Source: Candidatus Bathyarchaeia archaeon
GTDB lineage: Bacteria; Patescibacteriota; Microgenomatia; PFEM01; JAFGMK01
Direction: 5' to 3'
Length of the DNA stretch: 47,066 nt
Assembly: GCA_035529595.1 (NCBI GenBank)
Contig: DATKWK010000035.1
Span: 1 to 47,066 of the forward strand
Shown: positions 15,732-25,942 of the stretch, piece after piece
Layout of the letters: each line of letters opens with the position of its first letter
How positions within the stretch are numbered: position 1 is the first letter of the stretch
Made by a program: the position numbers and the translations under genes
Notes under the pieces: generated by a model
What the model saw: the letters and a program-made list of their open reading frames with translations, nothing else
The model's database searches: none
What the model was told of the DNA's origin: nothing

Positions 15732-17066
15732 TTATTCACGGTTAACAGTATAAACCGTCGGATGATATAGAAAGATCGTCGAGGCATCTTCAACTAAAAA
15801 TCGCTGAAAATCAAGATAAAGCTCTCTTCTTTTGTCTTGGTCGAAAGTTTTTCTTCCTTCCTCCAGAAGCTTGTCAATCTGAGGACTGTGATAACGACTT
15901 AAATTGTTTGGCTGGGTAGAATGCCAAAGAAGATACTGATCCGGATCCGGCGGAATATCTTCGGTAACTAAAAACGCCTGAAAGGTATCAGGGACCGAAT
16001 TGGTAACCTGAATTTCCGTTTCAAATCCCAGTTCCTGCCAATCGCCGGTAATCGCTTCTGCTATGGAAAATAGACTGGGAAAAGTAGTTAGTACTATCTT
16101 TTTTCCAGCCTGGTTGTCTTCACTTGAATTTTTCTCTAAAAGCTCCCGGGCTTTAGGTAAGTCATATTCGTATCTTTTTAGATTTGGATTATACGCCCAA
16201 GATTGAGGATTAATCGGTCCATAGGCACGATTTGGCCAGTTTTTTTTAAGCATGTATGCTAGTGCCTGCCTAATCGGTTTTTGCGAAAGAAGTGAGTTTT
16301 GAGTATTAAATATAATCGCTGTAAATTGATCGTTTTTTACTTTACTTTCAATTTTGATATTCGGCCAATTGCTGAACTCGTCAGGAAAAGAAAGATCCTT
16401 AATAATATCAATTTCTCCAAGTTTAAAAGCTGTTTCTGCCATAGTCTCGGAAGGGTAAAATTTAAAAAACAACTTTTTCTTTGACGCATCTAGCGGTGTC
16501 AAGAGTAAATTCTCAACTATCTGACCATTTCTCTTTACTGATTTTACCCGATAATCACCAAAACCTATAATTACCTTTTTCAATAATGGTCGTGAGACGA
16601 CGCTGGGAAAAGGCGAAAAAAATTCTTTCAGTTCAAACTCTACTGTTTGATCATCAATCTTTTTTACTGCTACGTCACTAAAATTATAATTAATGTCAGC
16701 GGCAGTAACTGGTGTACCATCATGCCAAACCAGTCCAGATCTCAGACTGAAGCGATAAATCTTACCATCTTGGCTAATATCCCAAGAAGAAGCTAAAGCC
16801 GGACTAACGGACCCGTCGTTATTAATAGTGGTCAATCCCTGACTTAAGTATTTAATAACTTCGTCTGGCAAATCGGCTAGTGTGTATTTCCCTACTAAAC
16901 CAATTTTGACCGGTTTCCTTTTCAGGAACAAATTAACTAAATTTGGGGAGATAACGGTGATAAATGCTCCAACAAAGCCCGCCCATATGATTGTTTTCTT
17001 ATGGGTTCGGAAAAAAGCCGTTGTCAGACGAAATAAAAATCTTCCTTTTTTAAAAAGCGTTAACAT
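15732..17066 (-). CDS. ABC-transporter substrate-binding protein, family 5 (peptide/nickel type), TM-anchored
   Basis: The N-terminal TM segment is IIWAGFVGAFITVI. The family-5 signature region is NNDGSVSPALASSWDISQDGKIYRFSLRSGLVWHDGTPVTAADINYNF. No permease or ATPase genes are adjacent. Confidence 0.7.
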   Translation of the reverse strand: MLTLFKKGRFLFRLTTAFFRTHKKTIIWAGFVGAFITVISPNLVNLFLKRKPVKIGLVGKYTLADLPDEVIKYLSQGLTTINNDGSVSPALASSWDISQDGKIYRFSLRSGLVWHDGTPVTAADINYNFSDVAVKKIDDQTVEFELKEFFSPFPSVVSRPLLKKVIIGFGDYRVKSVKRNGQIVENLLLTPLDASKKKLFFKFYPSETMAETAFKLGEIDIIKDLSFPDEFSNWPNIKIESKVKNDQFTAIIFNTQNSLLSQKPIRQALAYMLKKNWPNRAYGPINPQSWAYNPNLKRYEYDLPKARELLEKNSSEDNQAGKKIVLTTFPSLFSIAEAITGDWQELGFETEIQVTNSVPDTFQAFLVTEDIPPDPDQYLLWHSTQPNNLSRYHSPQIDKLLEEGRKTFDQDKRRELYLDFQRFLVEDASTIFLYHPTVYTVNRE

Positions 17067-17072
17067 CGGTAG

Positions 17073-17288
17073 TTAAAGCAGAAAAGCATTAATCAGCGAG
17101 GTAGTTAAAAATAACGCGGCAAAAATAATAGTACCGACATAAACTATCCTTTCAATTCCTTTTTTTGAATGGTATGATTCAGCTCCGCCAAAACTGCTTC
17201 CTAATCCCGAATCCTTCGATTGCAATAGAACCAGACCGATTAAACCGAGTGAGATTACTAATTGAAAAATAATTAATCCTTGTTTCAT
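17073..17288 (-). CDS. secG: Preprotein translocase subunit SecG
   Basis: This 71-aa protein has two TM segments. The sequence LVLLQSKDSGLGSSFGG is typical of SecG. Confidence 0.8.
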   Translation of the reverse strand: MKQGLIIFQLVISLGLIGLVLLQSKDSGLGSSFGGAESYHSKKGIERIVYVGTIIFAALFLTTSLINAFLL

Positions 17289-17295
17289 TTATAAT

Positions 17296-17700
17296 TTATT
17301 TTTTAAAAGACCAGTACAAAAAACTGGTGATAAAACTTATTATAAACGAACAGGCGACCAAAGTCCAAAAAAATGACAACTGTATGGGGGGAATGGTATA
17401 ACCTGAATGGCTGAATCCGGGGAAAAGAAATGGTTTAACGCTAAATTGGGGCACAATTAGAATTACCAAATAGAAAGCAAATACGCTAGCAAACCAACGG
17501 AATAAACCCAGAGTTATCAGGTTAACCGGCAAAAGTAAAAGACTGATAACCGGCTTGACAAAGAAGTTAATGACAGTAAATACGAAAGCCGTTATCAGTA
17601 CCGTCTTTTCTCCCTCACCGAAACTAATAGTGGAAATCAATCGGGCAGCGATAAATAGCGAAGCAACGGTAATCAGGTAAGATTTAAGATATTTTTTCAT
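17296..17700 (-). CDS. DUF360 / phage-holin-family-4-like four-TM membrane protein
   Basis: This 134-aa protein has 4 hydrophobic spans. The family motif is LLLLPVNLITLGLFRWF. Confidence 0.6.
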   Translation of the reverse strand: MKKYLKSYLITVASLFIAARLISTISFGEGEKTVLITAFVFTVINFFVKPVISLLLLPVNLITLGLFRWFASVFAFYLVILIVPQFSVKPFLFPGFSHSGYTIPPIQLSFFWTLVACSFIISFITSFLYWSFKK

Positions 17701-17730
17701 TATTTTTTTAAGCTAACAGAAATTAATCGA

Positions 17731-19032
17731 TTAGTCAATTTTTGATCGTAGCCAATGATGGTAACTAACTGCAAATCGGTGAGCCTCATCTCTTATTCTT
17801 TGCAATAGATGAAGCGCTGGTGATTTACGGCTAATTCTCAGAGTCTGATAGCGCTTATTATTTAAAATAATCAACTCCTCGTTTCTCTTAGCCAGGCCGA
17901 TAACGATGGTTTTAATCTTTAGTTTTTCAAAAAGCGACACGCTGGCTTTAACTTGAGGTTTTCCGCCATCAACAATAATCAGGTCAGCTTTGCCCCAATC
18001 CCGATGGCCGAATCTTCTTTTTAAAATTTCAACCATCATTGCTGGATCATCTCTCTTTGTTCTTTTAATCTTAAAGCGTCGATAATAATTTTTTTTTGCT
18101 TCACCATTAATAAAGGTTACCATCGCTCCTGTCGCCTTGGTTCCGCTTAAATTCGAGACATCAAAAGCCTCAATTCTCCGAAGAATCCCTTTTATTTTCA
18201 GGCCATTTTTTCTAAGTATTTCAAGGAGACTAGTTAACTCGAGATTCCTTTGGTCAGCTAAAAGATTAGGATTTTTCAAGTAATACGAGGGGGAGCGAAA
18301 AGCTTGAGTAATATAATGTAATGACCGAATTTGATCACGTAACTTACTGGCTCCTTCGTAATTTTGTTTAGCTGATTCTCTGCACATTTTTTTTTCTAGG
18401 CTGTTGATCAATTTCTGTTTTTGGCCACGAAGAAAGCTAACGAGATGACTGATATTTTCCCGGTAAATTTTAGCTTGCTCTTCTTCTTCCTTTCCGGAAA
18501 GCAAACGAATTGTTCTCGGTGAAGGCATACAAAGTCCAAGATCGGAAAATAGACATGGTTTTCCAATATCTTTCTTACATGAACAGTAGGGAAAAAGTTT
18601 CCTTAAAAAACGCAAGACAGATTTAACTGTCTTTGATGAGGGAAACGGTCCAAAATTGCAATCGCCTTTATTTACTTCTCCTTTACGAACAATTAGTACT
18701 TTCGGATATTTCTCATTGGTTATTCTAATGTAAAGAGGGCTTTTATCATCCTTCGCTCGGGCGTTAAACTTCGGCAGATATTTTTTTATGAGACGTGCCT
18801 CCAGCAAAATAGCTTCAATCTCCGATTCGACCAGAATTGTTTCTAGTCTTCGGGATGAGTTTATCATTGTCCGGGTTTTATCACCTAAAAGAGAAGCATT
18901 TCTGAAATAAGAACTGATCCGGTTTTTTAAATTAATGGATTTACCGACATATAAAACTCGGTCATTTTTGTCACGAAAAACGTAAACGCCCGGAACAGAA
19001 GGAATGACTACAGCTTGTTGATTTAGCTTCAT
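17731..19032 (-). CDS. uvrC: Excinuclease ABC subunit C, short form lacking the C-terminal (HhH)2 domain
   Basis: The GIY-YIG domain is GVYVFRDKNDRVLYVGKSINLKNR. A Cys-rich segment and a UVR domain (YEGASKLRDQIRSL) follow. The RNase-H-like endonuclease domain is present (IEAFDVSN, LIIVDGGKPQV, IGLAKRNEEL, RIRDEAHRFA). The protein ends 14 aa after that last motif, at 433 aa. Confidence 0.9.
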   Translation of the reverse strand: MKLNQQAVVIPSVPGVYVFRDKNDRVLYVGKSINLKNRISSYFRNASLLGDKTRTMINSSRRLETILVESEIEAILLEARLIKKYLPKFNARAKDDKSPLYIRITNEKYPKVLIVRKGEVNKGDCNFGPFPSSKTVKSVLRFLRKLFPYCSCKKDIGKPCLFSDLGLCMPSPRTIRLLSGKEEEEQAKIYRENISHLVSFLRGQKQKLINSLEKKMCRESAKQNYEGASKLRDQIRSLHYITQAFRSPSYYLKNPNLLADQRNLELTSLLEILRKNGLKIKGILRRIEAFDVSNLSGTKATGAMVTFINGEAKKNYYRRFKIKRTKRDDPAMMVEILKRRFGHRDWGKADLIIVDGGKPQVKASVSLFEKLKIKTIVIGLAKRNEELIILNNKRYQTLRISRKSPALHLLQRIRDEAHRFAVSYHHWLRSKID

Positions 19033-20873
19033 CTATGAAACTTTTTCAAAATCCATCTGGCAGTAGCAACCAGTAAAAAGGCCCATAAGATACCTAAGCA
19101 TATACCTGACGTTGAGAAAATTAACTGAGGCCAAAGCAAGGTTTCAATACGAAAAGGGAAAGTATATTCTTTACCTTTAACCGTTAGAGATAAACTGGCC
19201 GGACCGAAATTATATATTTTCGGCTTAACTATAGGTATTGTAATTTCAATCTTTCCAAAGGGAGGAATAACCTTGATTGTTTTTTGGCGATCGAAAACTT
19301 TTTGGATTTCTACGTCTTTGGACGCAAATTTAAGAACCAATTGATAAAGAGCTACCGGTCCCGGATTTCTAATAACCACTTTCGGAAAAGGTTTATCTTG
19401 AGGCGAATCTTTAACCAGGACAAATTTAATATCTAGCTCCTTTTCTTGATATGGTTGATACCGGCCAATCTTTACCTCGATATCCTTGGCTGTTTCTGAA
19501 TTACTCTTATACGATCCTGCAGGAAGAGGAGATTCGCTGTCTGAACCATGAATCGCAAATACAAAATGATTTAAATCTGAGCGAGAAAAATAGTTGCGGC
19601 CGCCGGTAGTTTTTTCCCACGTCGGATCTACGGGGATCCAAACTCCCTTTTCCTTGTCCCAGTACTCCGGCCAGGAATGAAGTACGTCCGAAATCAAATT
19701 AAGCGGCTTTAACCGGGAGTTTGTTGTATAGGCATATCCATTCAGTTCTCTGGCAGGAATTCCGGCTGCTCGGCAAAGCGCCACAAAAAGATCAGTAAAT
19801 TCCATGCAAATTGACGCTTTAGGATTTTCCAATGCAAAGAGGGCACCTTTACGAACCGTTTCATTATCGATTTGATTATAGTCATAGTAAAGATGATCAA
19901 CTACAAATCGATAAATTTTATCAACCTGTTTAAGTTCAGCCGCCAGCGCATTGATCTTCGGCTCATTTACTTCCCAGTATTTTTTGGCCAATAAATCTCT
20001 TTCAAGAATTTCTGCATCGAACTTAGGATATTCTTCCCAAGGCTCAGCAAAGACCTTTGCTGAGCCAACAAGACGAATGTCTAAAGCTTCGCCACTGCCA
20101 AGATAGTAAAGAGCCAGCCAATTTCCGTCTGCATCTGTGACTACATTTTCCGGTTTTGGATAAACCTCAGTTAAATAAACATGCTGATAACTAGTATCGG
20201 GCGGAAAAGCAATTTCAATTTTTCCTCGATAAGAATTTGGATTCTGAAGATGATAACTTAAAGAAAAATCAAAACTCTGAAACTGACCGAAAGCAGCACT
20301 TATCCCAAGAGATCCTAAACCACCCTGATTAAAGGTGTAATAACGCCAATCAGTATCGCTACTGGACTGATAATAAGAAGAGGTGATGAATACCAGAGGA
20401 CCAAAGATCTTCGGGACAGCCAAAACAAGTGATTCATTTTGGAGATTTTCTAAAGCAGGCATGCGCGGCAAGTTAACTTCCCAGACTTCCCCGTTTTTAG
20501 ATAGAATATTAAGAAGCCGGTAAGAAACAGAAAAATTAAGTTGCTTTCCTTGACCGATGATTACCTCATTAAATTTAAGTTTAATTTTGAGCCAGTTATC
20601 TTTTTTTTCGATTTCGGGGATGATATCGCCGCCCCCATCGGAAGCCTTAATATCTTCGATCGTAACTCCTTCCATTTGGAGAACATATTCTGTTGGATAA
20701 ACGTCAGGAAGCTTATTAATTAAAGTAATCCGTTGACTCGTAGCTACTTTTTCGTCCGTTTGAAGCCGATAGCTAACTTGATAGCTGGTCTCGAAATCTT
20801 CCGAAGCGCGAATAGATGACGTCGAGAAAAAGGAAAGTATGAGAAAAATAAACACTGATAGTGAACGACGCAT
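19029..20873 (-). CDS. Secreted, C-terminally anchored transglutaminase-like protein
   Basis: The signal peptide is MRRSLSVFIFLILSFFSTSSIRA. The transglutaminase core is CMEFTDLFVALCRAAGIPARELNGY, HSWPEYW and PVDPTW. The C-terminal TM segment is ICLGILWAFLLVATA. Its stop overlaps the uvrC start (ATGA at 19029-19032). Confidence 0.75.
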   Translation of the reverse strand: MRRSLSVFIFLILSFFSTSSIRASEDFETSYQVSYRLQTDEKVATSQRITLINKLPDVYPTEYVLQMEGVTIEDIKASDGGGDIIPEIEKKDNWLKIKLKFNEVIIGQGKQLNFSVSYRLLNILSKNGEVWEVNLPRMPALENLQNESLVLAVPKIFGPLVFITSSYYQSSSDTDWRYYTFNQGGLGSLGISAAFGQFQSFDFSLSYHLQNPNSYRGKIEIAFPPDTSYQHVYLTEVYPKPENVVTDADGNWLALYYLGSGEALDIRLVGSAKVFAEPWEEYPKFDAEILERDLLAKKYWEVNEPKINALAAELKQVDKIYRFVVDHLYYDYNQIDNETVRKGALFALENPKASICMEFTDLFVALCRAAGIPARELNGYAYTTNSRLKPLNLISDVLHSWPEYWDKEKGVWIPVDPTWEKTTGGRNYFSRSDLNHFVFAIHGSDSESPLPAGSYKSNSETAKDIEVKIGRYQPYQEKELDIKFVLVKDSPQDKPFPKVVIRNPGPVALYQLVLKFASKDVEIQKVFDRQKTIKVIPPFGKIEITIPIVKPKIYNFGPASLSLTVKGKEYTFPFRIETLLWPQLIFSTSGICLGILWAFLLVATARWILKKFHR

Positions 20874-20877
20874 GTTA

Positions 20878-23799
20878 TTATTTTAAGATCTTTCTTAAGA
20901 ATCTTCCAGTATAAGACTTCTCGCAGTTAGCAACAATCCTAGGTGTGCCTTGGGCGACTAAATATCCGCCATCATCACCGCCTTCGGGACCCAAATCAAT
21001 AATCCAGTCAGCATTCTTGATTACGTCCAAATTATGTTCGATTACAATTATGGTGTTGCCGGCATCAACCAAACGCCTAAGAATCTCCAACAGTTTTTTT
21101 AGATCGTCAAAATGAAGGCCAGTCGTCGGCTCATCTAAAACATAGAGGCTACTGCCAGACGTTTTTTTTCCCAAGTGGCGAGATAGTTTAATCCGTTGAG
21201 CTTCTCCTCCTGATAGGCTGGGTGCCGGTTGTCCTAATTTAATATAACCAAGACCAACGTCACTTAGCGTCCGTAATTTTAAGATTAACCCGGGAATATT
21301 TCTTAAGAAAAACGATGCTTCCTCAATGCTCATCTGGAGGACTTCAGCAATATTTTTGCCTTTGTATTCAACCTCAAGCGTTTCCTGTTTATATCTTTGA
21401 CCTTTACAGACATCGCAAGTAACATAAACATCGGCTAAAAATTGCATTTCAATTTTGATCTCTCCTGCACCTTGGCAAGCATCACAACGCCCACTTGGAA
21501 CATTAAAAGAGAATCGACCCGGTTTAAAGCCACGGATTCTTGCTTCTGGTGATTGAGCAAATAGCTCTCGTATATGGGTAAAAATACCGGTATAAGTGGC
21601 GGGGTTACTCCGAGGTGTCCTTCCAATAGGTGACTGATCAATTAATCGGACATTATCAATCTGATCTAAACCTTCAAGGGAACGGTATGTTCCCGGTTTG
21701 TCTCGAAAAGTCGAAGAAAAATGGCTTGCTACGGCCCGATAGAGAGTTTCGTTAACTAAAGTTGATTTTCCCGAACCCGAAACACCGGTAACACAAATAA
21801 ACTGTCCGAGAGGAAAAGTAACGTCAATATTTTTTAAGTTATATTGTGAGCAACCTTTAATCACTAAAGAACCTCGATTTTTTTTATTGACCGATGTAAG
21901 AACGGTAATTTCTTCTTTTCCGGAAAGATATTTGCCGGTTAGTGATTTGACGCTACTCAATATTGACGAAACTGTTCCAGCGGCAACGATCTGGCCACCT
22001 TGATCTCCTGCTCTCGGACCGAAGTCAACTAGCCAATCAGCATTTTCCATCATTTCTCTGTCATGCTCAACCACGATGACCGTATTACCCAGATCGCGTA
22101 ATTTTTTTAAAGTACCAATGAGTCGCTGATTGTCGCGTTGGTGAAGTCCGATTGTCGGTTCGTCAAGAACATATAACACGCCTGTCAAACCGGTTCCAAT
22201 CTGACTTGCCAGCCTGATTCTTTGTGTTTCCCCACCAGCCAGGCTTTCAGCTGGCCGGTCAATCGTGAGATAATCTAATCCCACTGACTGCAAAAAACTG
22301 ACTCGGGTAAGTAGATCCTTTAAAATCGGTTCGGCAATGGTTTTCTCCTTATTCGATAAAATAACTGAGCTTGTCTGGATTTCCCTCAACCACTCCAGCA
22401 AGTGCTTAATTTGCAGCGAAGCGATTTGAGCAATGGAATTCCCATTAATTGTAACTGATAATGCCTCTTTTTTAAGTCTGTTCCCCTGGCATAACCGACA
22501 GACTTCCTTTTTCATAAATTTGCCGATTTCCTGCCTGATATAATCGGACTGTGTTTCCTTAAACCTTCTTTCCAGGTTAGGAACGACGCCTTCAAAAGTC
22601 GTCTCAAAGTCAAAAAGTTGCCCTTTCCTATTATAACCGTTAACTCTGATAATTCGGTCACTTGTACCGTAGAGCACTTTTTCGAGATCCTTTTTTTTCA
22701 TTTCTTCAATCGAAGTCCGCAGGGAAAAACCGTCTTCTTCAGCAATTCTTGATAAAATTTTCCCCCACCAGGTACTGTTTTCGCCAATCCGGTTAAAAGG
22801 AAGAATACCGCCTTCAGAGATAGATAGTCGCGGATTAATAATCGATTCCGGATCGATTTTCAGCAACGTCCCGATTCCATTACATTCAGGACAAGCGCCA
22901 TGCGGAGAATTAAATGAAAAAGATCGCGGTTCAATTTCTGGTAAGCTGATCCGGCAAAGAGGACAGGCAAAATTTTGTGAAAAAAGAAAATCCTCAACCT
23001 GTTTAGGTTTTTCGGGAAAGGTAAACGCTGCATCTCTGACCATAGCAACAATTACTAACCCATCGGAAAGGTTTAAGGCCGTTTCAATTGATTCAACCAA
23101 CCGACCTTTGAGATTCGCTAAAGCAATTTCGCTCTTTAATTGTCTTCTTTCCAGAGAAAGACGGTCAACGACAACGTCAATGGAATGTTTATTAGTTTTA
23201 ATCAAAACCAGATCATCAGTTAATGAGAAAAGCTGACCGTCAACTCTTGCACGGATAAAACCTTTTTTTCTTAAAGATTCAAACAGTTGGTTAAATTCAC
23301 CTTTCCGATCTCGTACAACGGGCGACAGCACTAAAAATTTCACTAGCTTGGAAGAAGCATCACTGGAAGTAATCAGATTAATTACGTTTTCCGAAATTTG
23401 CTCAATTGATTGACGGCTGATTTCCCGATTGCATGAAGGACAATGAGGGTGTCCGATACGAGCAAAAAGCAACCTCAGATAATCATAGTTTTCGGTTACT
23501 GTTCCTACTGTCGATCTCGGATTATGAGACGAAGATTTCTGACTAATTGAAATAGCTGGAGAAAGTCCTTCAATTAAATCAACATCCGGTTTATCCATTA
23601 CTCCTAAGAATTGCCGTGCATAAGAGGAAAGGGATTCGACATAGCGACGCTGACCCTCGGCGTAAATTGTATCAAAGGCAAGAGATGTCTTGCCGGAACC
23701 GGATAAACCGGTAAATACAATCAATTTATTTTTGGGCAATTCCAAATTAATATCTTTAAGATTATGCTGGCGCGCACCTCTAATTATTATTTTATCCAT
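20878..23799 (-). CDS. uvrA: Excinuclease ABC subunit A
   Basis: The 973-aa protein has two ABC ATPase modules (GLSGSGKTSLAFDT, GVSGSGKSTLV, LSGGEAQRIKL), Zn-finger cysteines and a typical N-terminus (IRGARQHNLK). Confidence 0.97.
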   Translation of the reverse strand: MDKIIIRGARQHNLKDINLELPKNKLIVFTGLSGSGKTSLAFDTIYAEGQRRYVESLSSYARQFLGVMDKPDVDLIEGLSPAISISQKSSSHNPRSTVGTVTENYDYLRLLFARIGHPHCPSCNREISRQSIEQISENVINLITSSDASSKLVKFLVLSPVVRDRKGEFNQLFESLRKKGFIRARVDGQLFSLTDDLVLIKTNKHSIDVVVDRLSLERRQLKSEIALANLKGRLVESIETALNLSDGLVIVAMVRDAAFTFPEKPKQVEDFLFSQNFACPLCRISLPEIEPRSFSFNSPHGACPECNGIGTLLKIDPESIINPRLSISEGGILPFNRIGENSTWWGKILSRIAEEDGFSLRTSIEEMKKKDLEKVLYGTSDRIIRVNGYNRKGQLFDFETTFEGVVPNLERRFKETQSDYIRQEIGKFMKKEVCRLCQGNRLKKEALSVTINGNSIAQIASLQIKHLLEWLREIQTSSVILSNKEKTIAEPILKDLLTRVSFLQSVGLDYLTIDRPAESLAGGETQRIRLASQIGTGLTGVLYVLDEPTIGLHQRDNQRLIGTLKKLRDLGNTVIVVEHDREMMENADWLVDFGPRAGDQGGQIVAAGTVSSILSSVKSLTGKYLSGKEEITVLTSVNKKNRGSLVIKGCSQYNLKNIDVTFPLGQFICVTGVSGSGKSTLVNETLYRAVASHFSSTFRDKPGTYRSLEGLDQIDNVRLIDQSPIGRTPRSNPATYTGIFTHIRELFAQSPEARIRGFKPGRFSFNVPSGRCDACQGAGEIKIEMQFLADVYVTCDVCKGQRYKQETLEVEYKGKNIAEVLQMSIEEASFFLRNIPGLILKLRTLSDVGLGYIKLGQPAPSLSGGEAQRIKLSRHLGKKTSGSSLYVLDEPTTGLHFDDLKKLLEILRRLVDAGNTIIVIEHNLDVIKNADWIIDLGPEGGDDGGYLVAQGTPRIVANCEKSYTGRFLRKILK

Positions 23800-23824
23800 G
23801 GAAATTAGTATTATAAATCACCGG

Positions 23825-25858
23825 TCAACCGAAGGTCTCTATTAACATTATTTTATCCCGGATCTCTGCTGCCAATTCAAATTCCAGCTCGGCAGCTGCT
23901 TGACGCATTTTTCTTTTCAAATCTTTGACTATTTCCTTTCGTCCTGCCGGAATCAGCTGGGCTGGGTCAATTACATCGAGCATAGAATAAACTTTCCGCC
24001 GTCTCAAAATCCGATTCTTTTCCTCGTTTACCCGCTTAATCAGTTTTTTCCTAACCGGCTTCTGAATAGTACGAGGATCGATATTATGTTTACGATTATA
24101 TATTAGCTGGTAACGACGGCGTCTTTTGATTTCAGAAATTGCCCGCTCCATCGAGCCGGTAATTTGATCCGCGTACATAATTACCTGACCTTCAACATGT
24201 CGGGCAGCTCTTCCCATAACTTGAATCAAGCTAGTTTCACTTCGCAAAAACCCTTCCTTATCAGCGTCAAGAATAACAACTAAGGAAACCTCAGGTAAAT
24301 CCAAACCTTCACGAAGAAGGTTTATACCCACAATAACGTCATATTTACCCAACCGTAGATCGTCAAGAATATCGCTGCGGTCTAAAGTATTAATCTCGCT
24401 ATGAAGATGATGAACTTTGATTTGCCTTTCTTTTAAGAAATTACTTAATTCTTCGGCCATTCTTTTAGTCAAGGTTGTTACCAAGATCCGCTGAGAACGC
24501 ACTATTCTTTTACTGATTTCACTAATAAGATCATCAATTTGACCTTTGGTTGGTCGAATTTCAATCTCCGGGTCAATGATTCCGGTTGGTCTAACTAATT
24601 GTGAAGTCACCCCATTATAGTCTGCCTGGTAATCAAATAGCCGGGCTGATTGCCGGGCTTTTTTCAATTCCCAAATATCAGGCGTAGCCGACGTATAAAT
24701 GATTTGATTGACACGATCTAAAAATTCATCAAATTTCAGGGGCCGGTTATCACGGGCCGCCGGCAGACGAAAACCGTAATCGATCAAAGTTTCTTTTCTT
24801 GATTGATCACCATTAAACATCCCCCTAATCTGAGGAATAGTCATGTGAGACTCATCAATTATTGTCAAATAATCTTTCGGAAAATAATCAAGTAAGGTAA
24901 AAGGCGGCTCCCCCGGTTTTCTGCCGTCAAAATATCGGGAGTAGTTTTCAATCCCGTTAACGTAACCAAATTCGGCAATTTGCTCAAGATCATAATTAAC
25001 TCTTGTCTCTAAGCGATGGGCTTCCAGCAACTGCCCTTTTTTCTTAAAACCAGCAATCTGATTTTTAAGATCCTTCTTGATGTCGCAAAAGATTTCCTTT
25101 TGCCGCGACAAATCTGAAACGTAATGCTTGGCGGGATAAAGGCTGATGGCATTAATTTCGTTTTCGGTTCTGCCTGAAACCGGATGTAAAATCAGAAGAT
25201 TATTTATTTTTTCTCCATCAAACATCAGACGCACGGCTTGATCGCTATCTGCCGGAAAGATATCAAGAATCTCTCCCCTGACCCGGAAAGTGCCTCTTAT
25301 AAAATCATTGTCAGATCTTGCGTAATAAATAGAAACAAGTTTTTTCAGTAAATCTTTTCGATTCCATTGATCACCTTTTTTCAACTCAACCGAGGAGCGG
25401 GTATATGCCTCTGGTGAACCTAAATTATAGATGCATGAGACTGAAGCGACGATAATCACATCCTGGCGGTTCAATAGACAATTAGTTGCATGTAACCTCA
25501 AGCGATCAATATCTTGATTGATATCGATCTCTTTTTCAATATAGGTATCTGTTTGAGGCAGATAAGCCTCCGGTTGATAGTAATCATAATAAGATACAAA
25601 ATAAGAAACCGCATTTCCCGGAAAAAAATCACGGAATTCCTGATAGAGCTGAGCCGCTAGTGTTTTGTTATGAGAAATAATCAAGGTTGGTTTCTGGATT
25701 TTTTCAATGACCTTAGCCATGGTAAATGTTTTGCCGGAACCGGTTACGCCGAGTAAAACCTGGTGGGTCATCCCCGATCGGAGGCCCTGGACGAGCCGAA
25801 CAATCGCTTGGGGTTGATCACCGGTCGGTTTAAAATTTGCCTTAACCTTAAATTTCAT
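23825..25858 (-). CDS. uvrB: Excinuclease ABC subunit B
   Basis: The motifs are PTGDQPQAI, helicase motif I GVTGSGKTFTMA, DESH, and a C-terminal UVR domain (ELEFELAAEIRDKI). The length is 677 aa. Confidence 0.97.
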   Translation of the reverse strand: MKFKVKANFKPTGDQPQAIVRLVQGLRSGMTHQVLLGVTGSGKTFTMAKVIEKIQKPTLIISHNKTLAAQLYQEFRDFFPGNAVSYFVSYYDYYQPEAYLPQTDTYIEKEIDINQDIDRLRLHATNCLLNRQDVIIVASVSCIYNLGSPEAYTRSSVELKKGDQWNRKDLLKKLVSIYYARSDNDFIRGTFRVRGEILDIFPADSDQAVRLMFDGEKINNLLILHPVSGRTENEINAISLYPAKHYVSDLSRQKEIFCDIKKDLKNQIAGFKKKGQLLEAHRLETRVNYDLEQIAEFGYVNGIENYSRYFDGRKPGEPPFTLLDYFPKDYLTIIDESHMTIPQIRGMFNGDQSRKETLIDYGFRLPAARDNRPLKFDEFLDRVNQIIYTSATPDIWELKKARQSARLFDYQADYNGVTSQLVRPTGIIDPEIEIRPTKGQIDDLISEISKRIVRSQRILVTTLTKRMAEELSNFLKERQIKVHHLHSEINTLDRSDILDDLRLGKYDVIVGINLLREGLDLPEVSLVVILDADKEGFLRSETSLIQVMGRAARHVEGQVIMYADQITGSMERAISEIKRRRRYQLIYNRKHNIDPRTIQKPVRKKLIKRVNEEKNRILRRRKVYSMLDVIDPAQLIPAGRKEIVKDLKRKMRQAAAELEFELAAEIRDKIMLIETFG

Positions 25859-25865
25859 GATTACT

Positions 25866-25894
25866 ATTATACCTGACCTGGATCAGAAAGTCAG
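25866..25894 (-). promoter_or_regulatory. Candidate uvrB promoter (CTGACT-17-TATAAT) ending 7 nt before the ATG, spanned by the inverted repeat CTGAC-N12-GTCAG
   Basis: The reverse complement reads CTGACTttctgatccaggtcaggTATAATagtaatcATG. The inverted-repeat arms lie at 25873-25877 and 25890-25894. Confidence 0.45.
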
Positions 25895-25942
25895 AATTTA
25901 AATAATTTTGTCTTATCTGGATGAAGAAACCGAAATTCGCTC

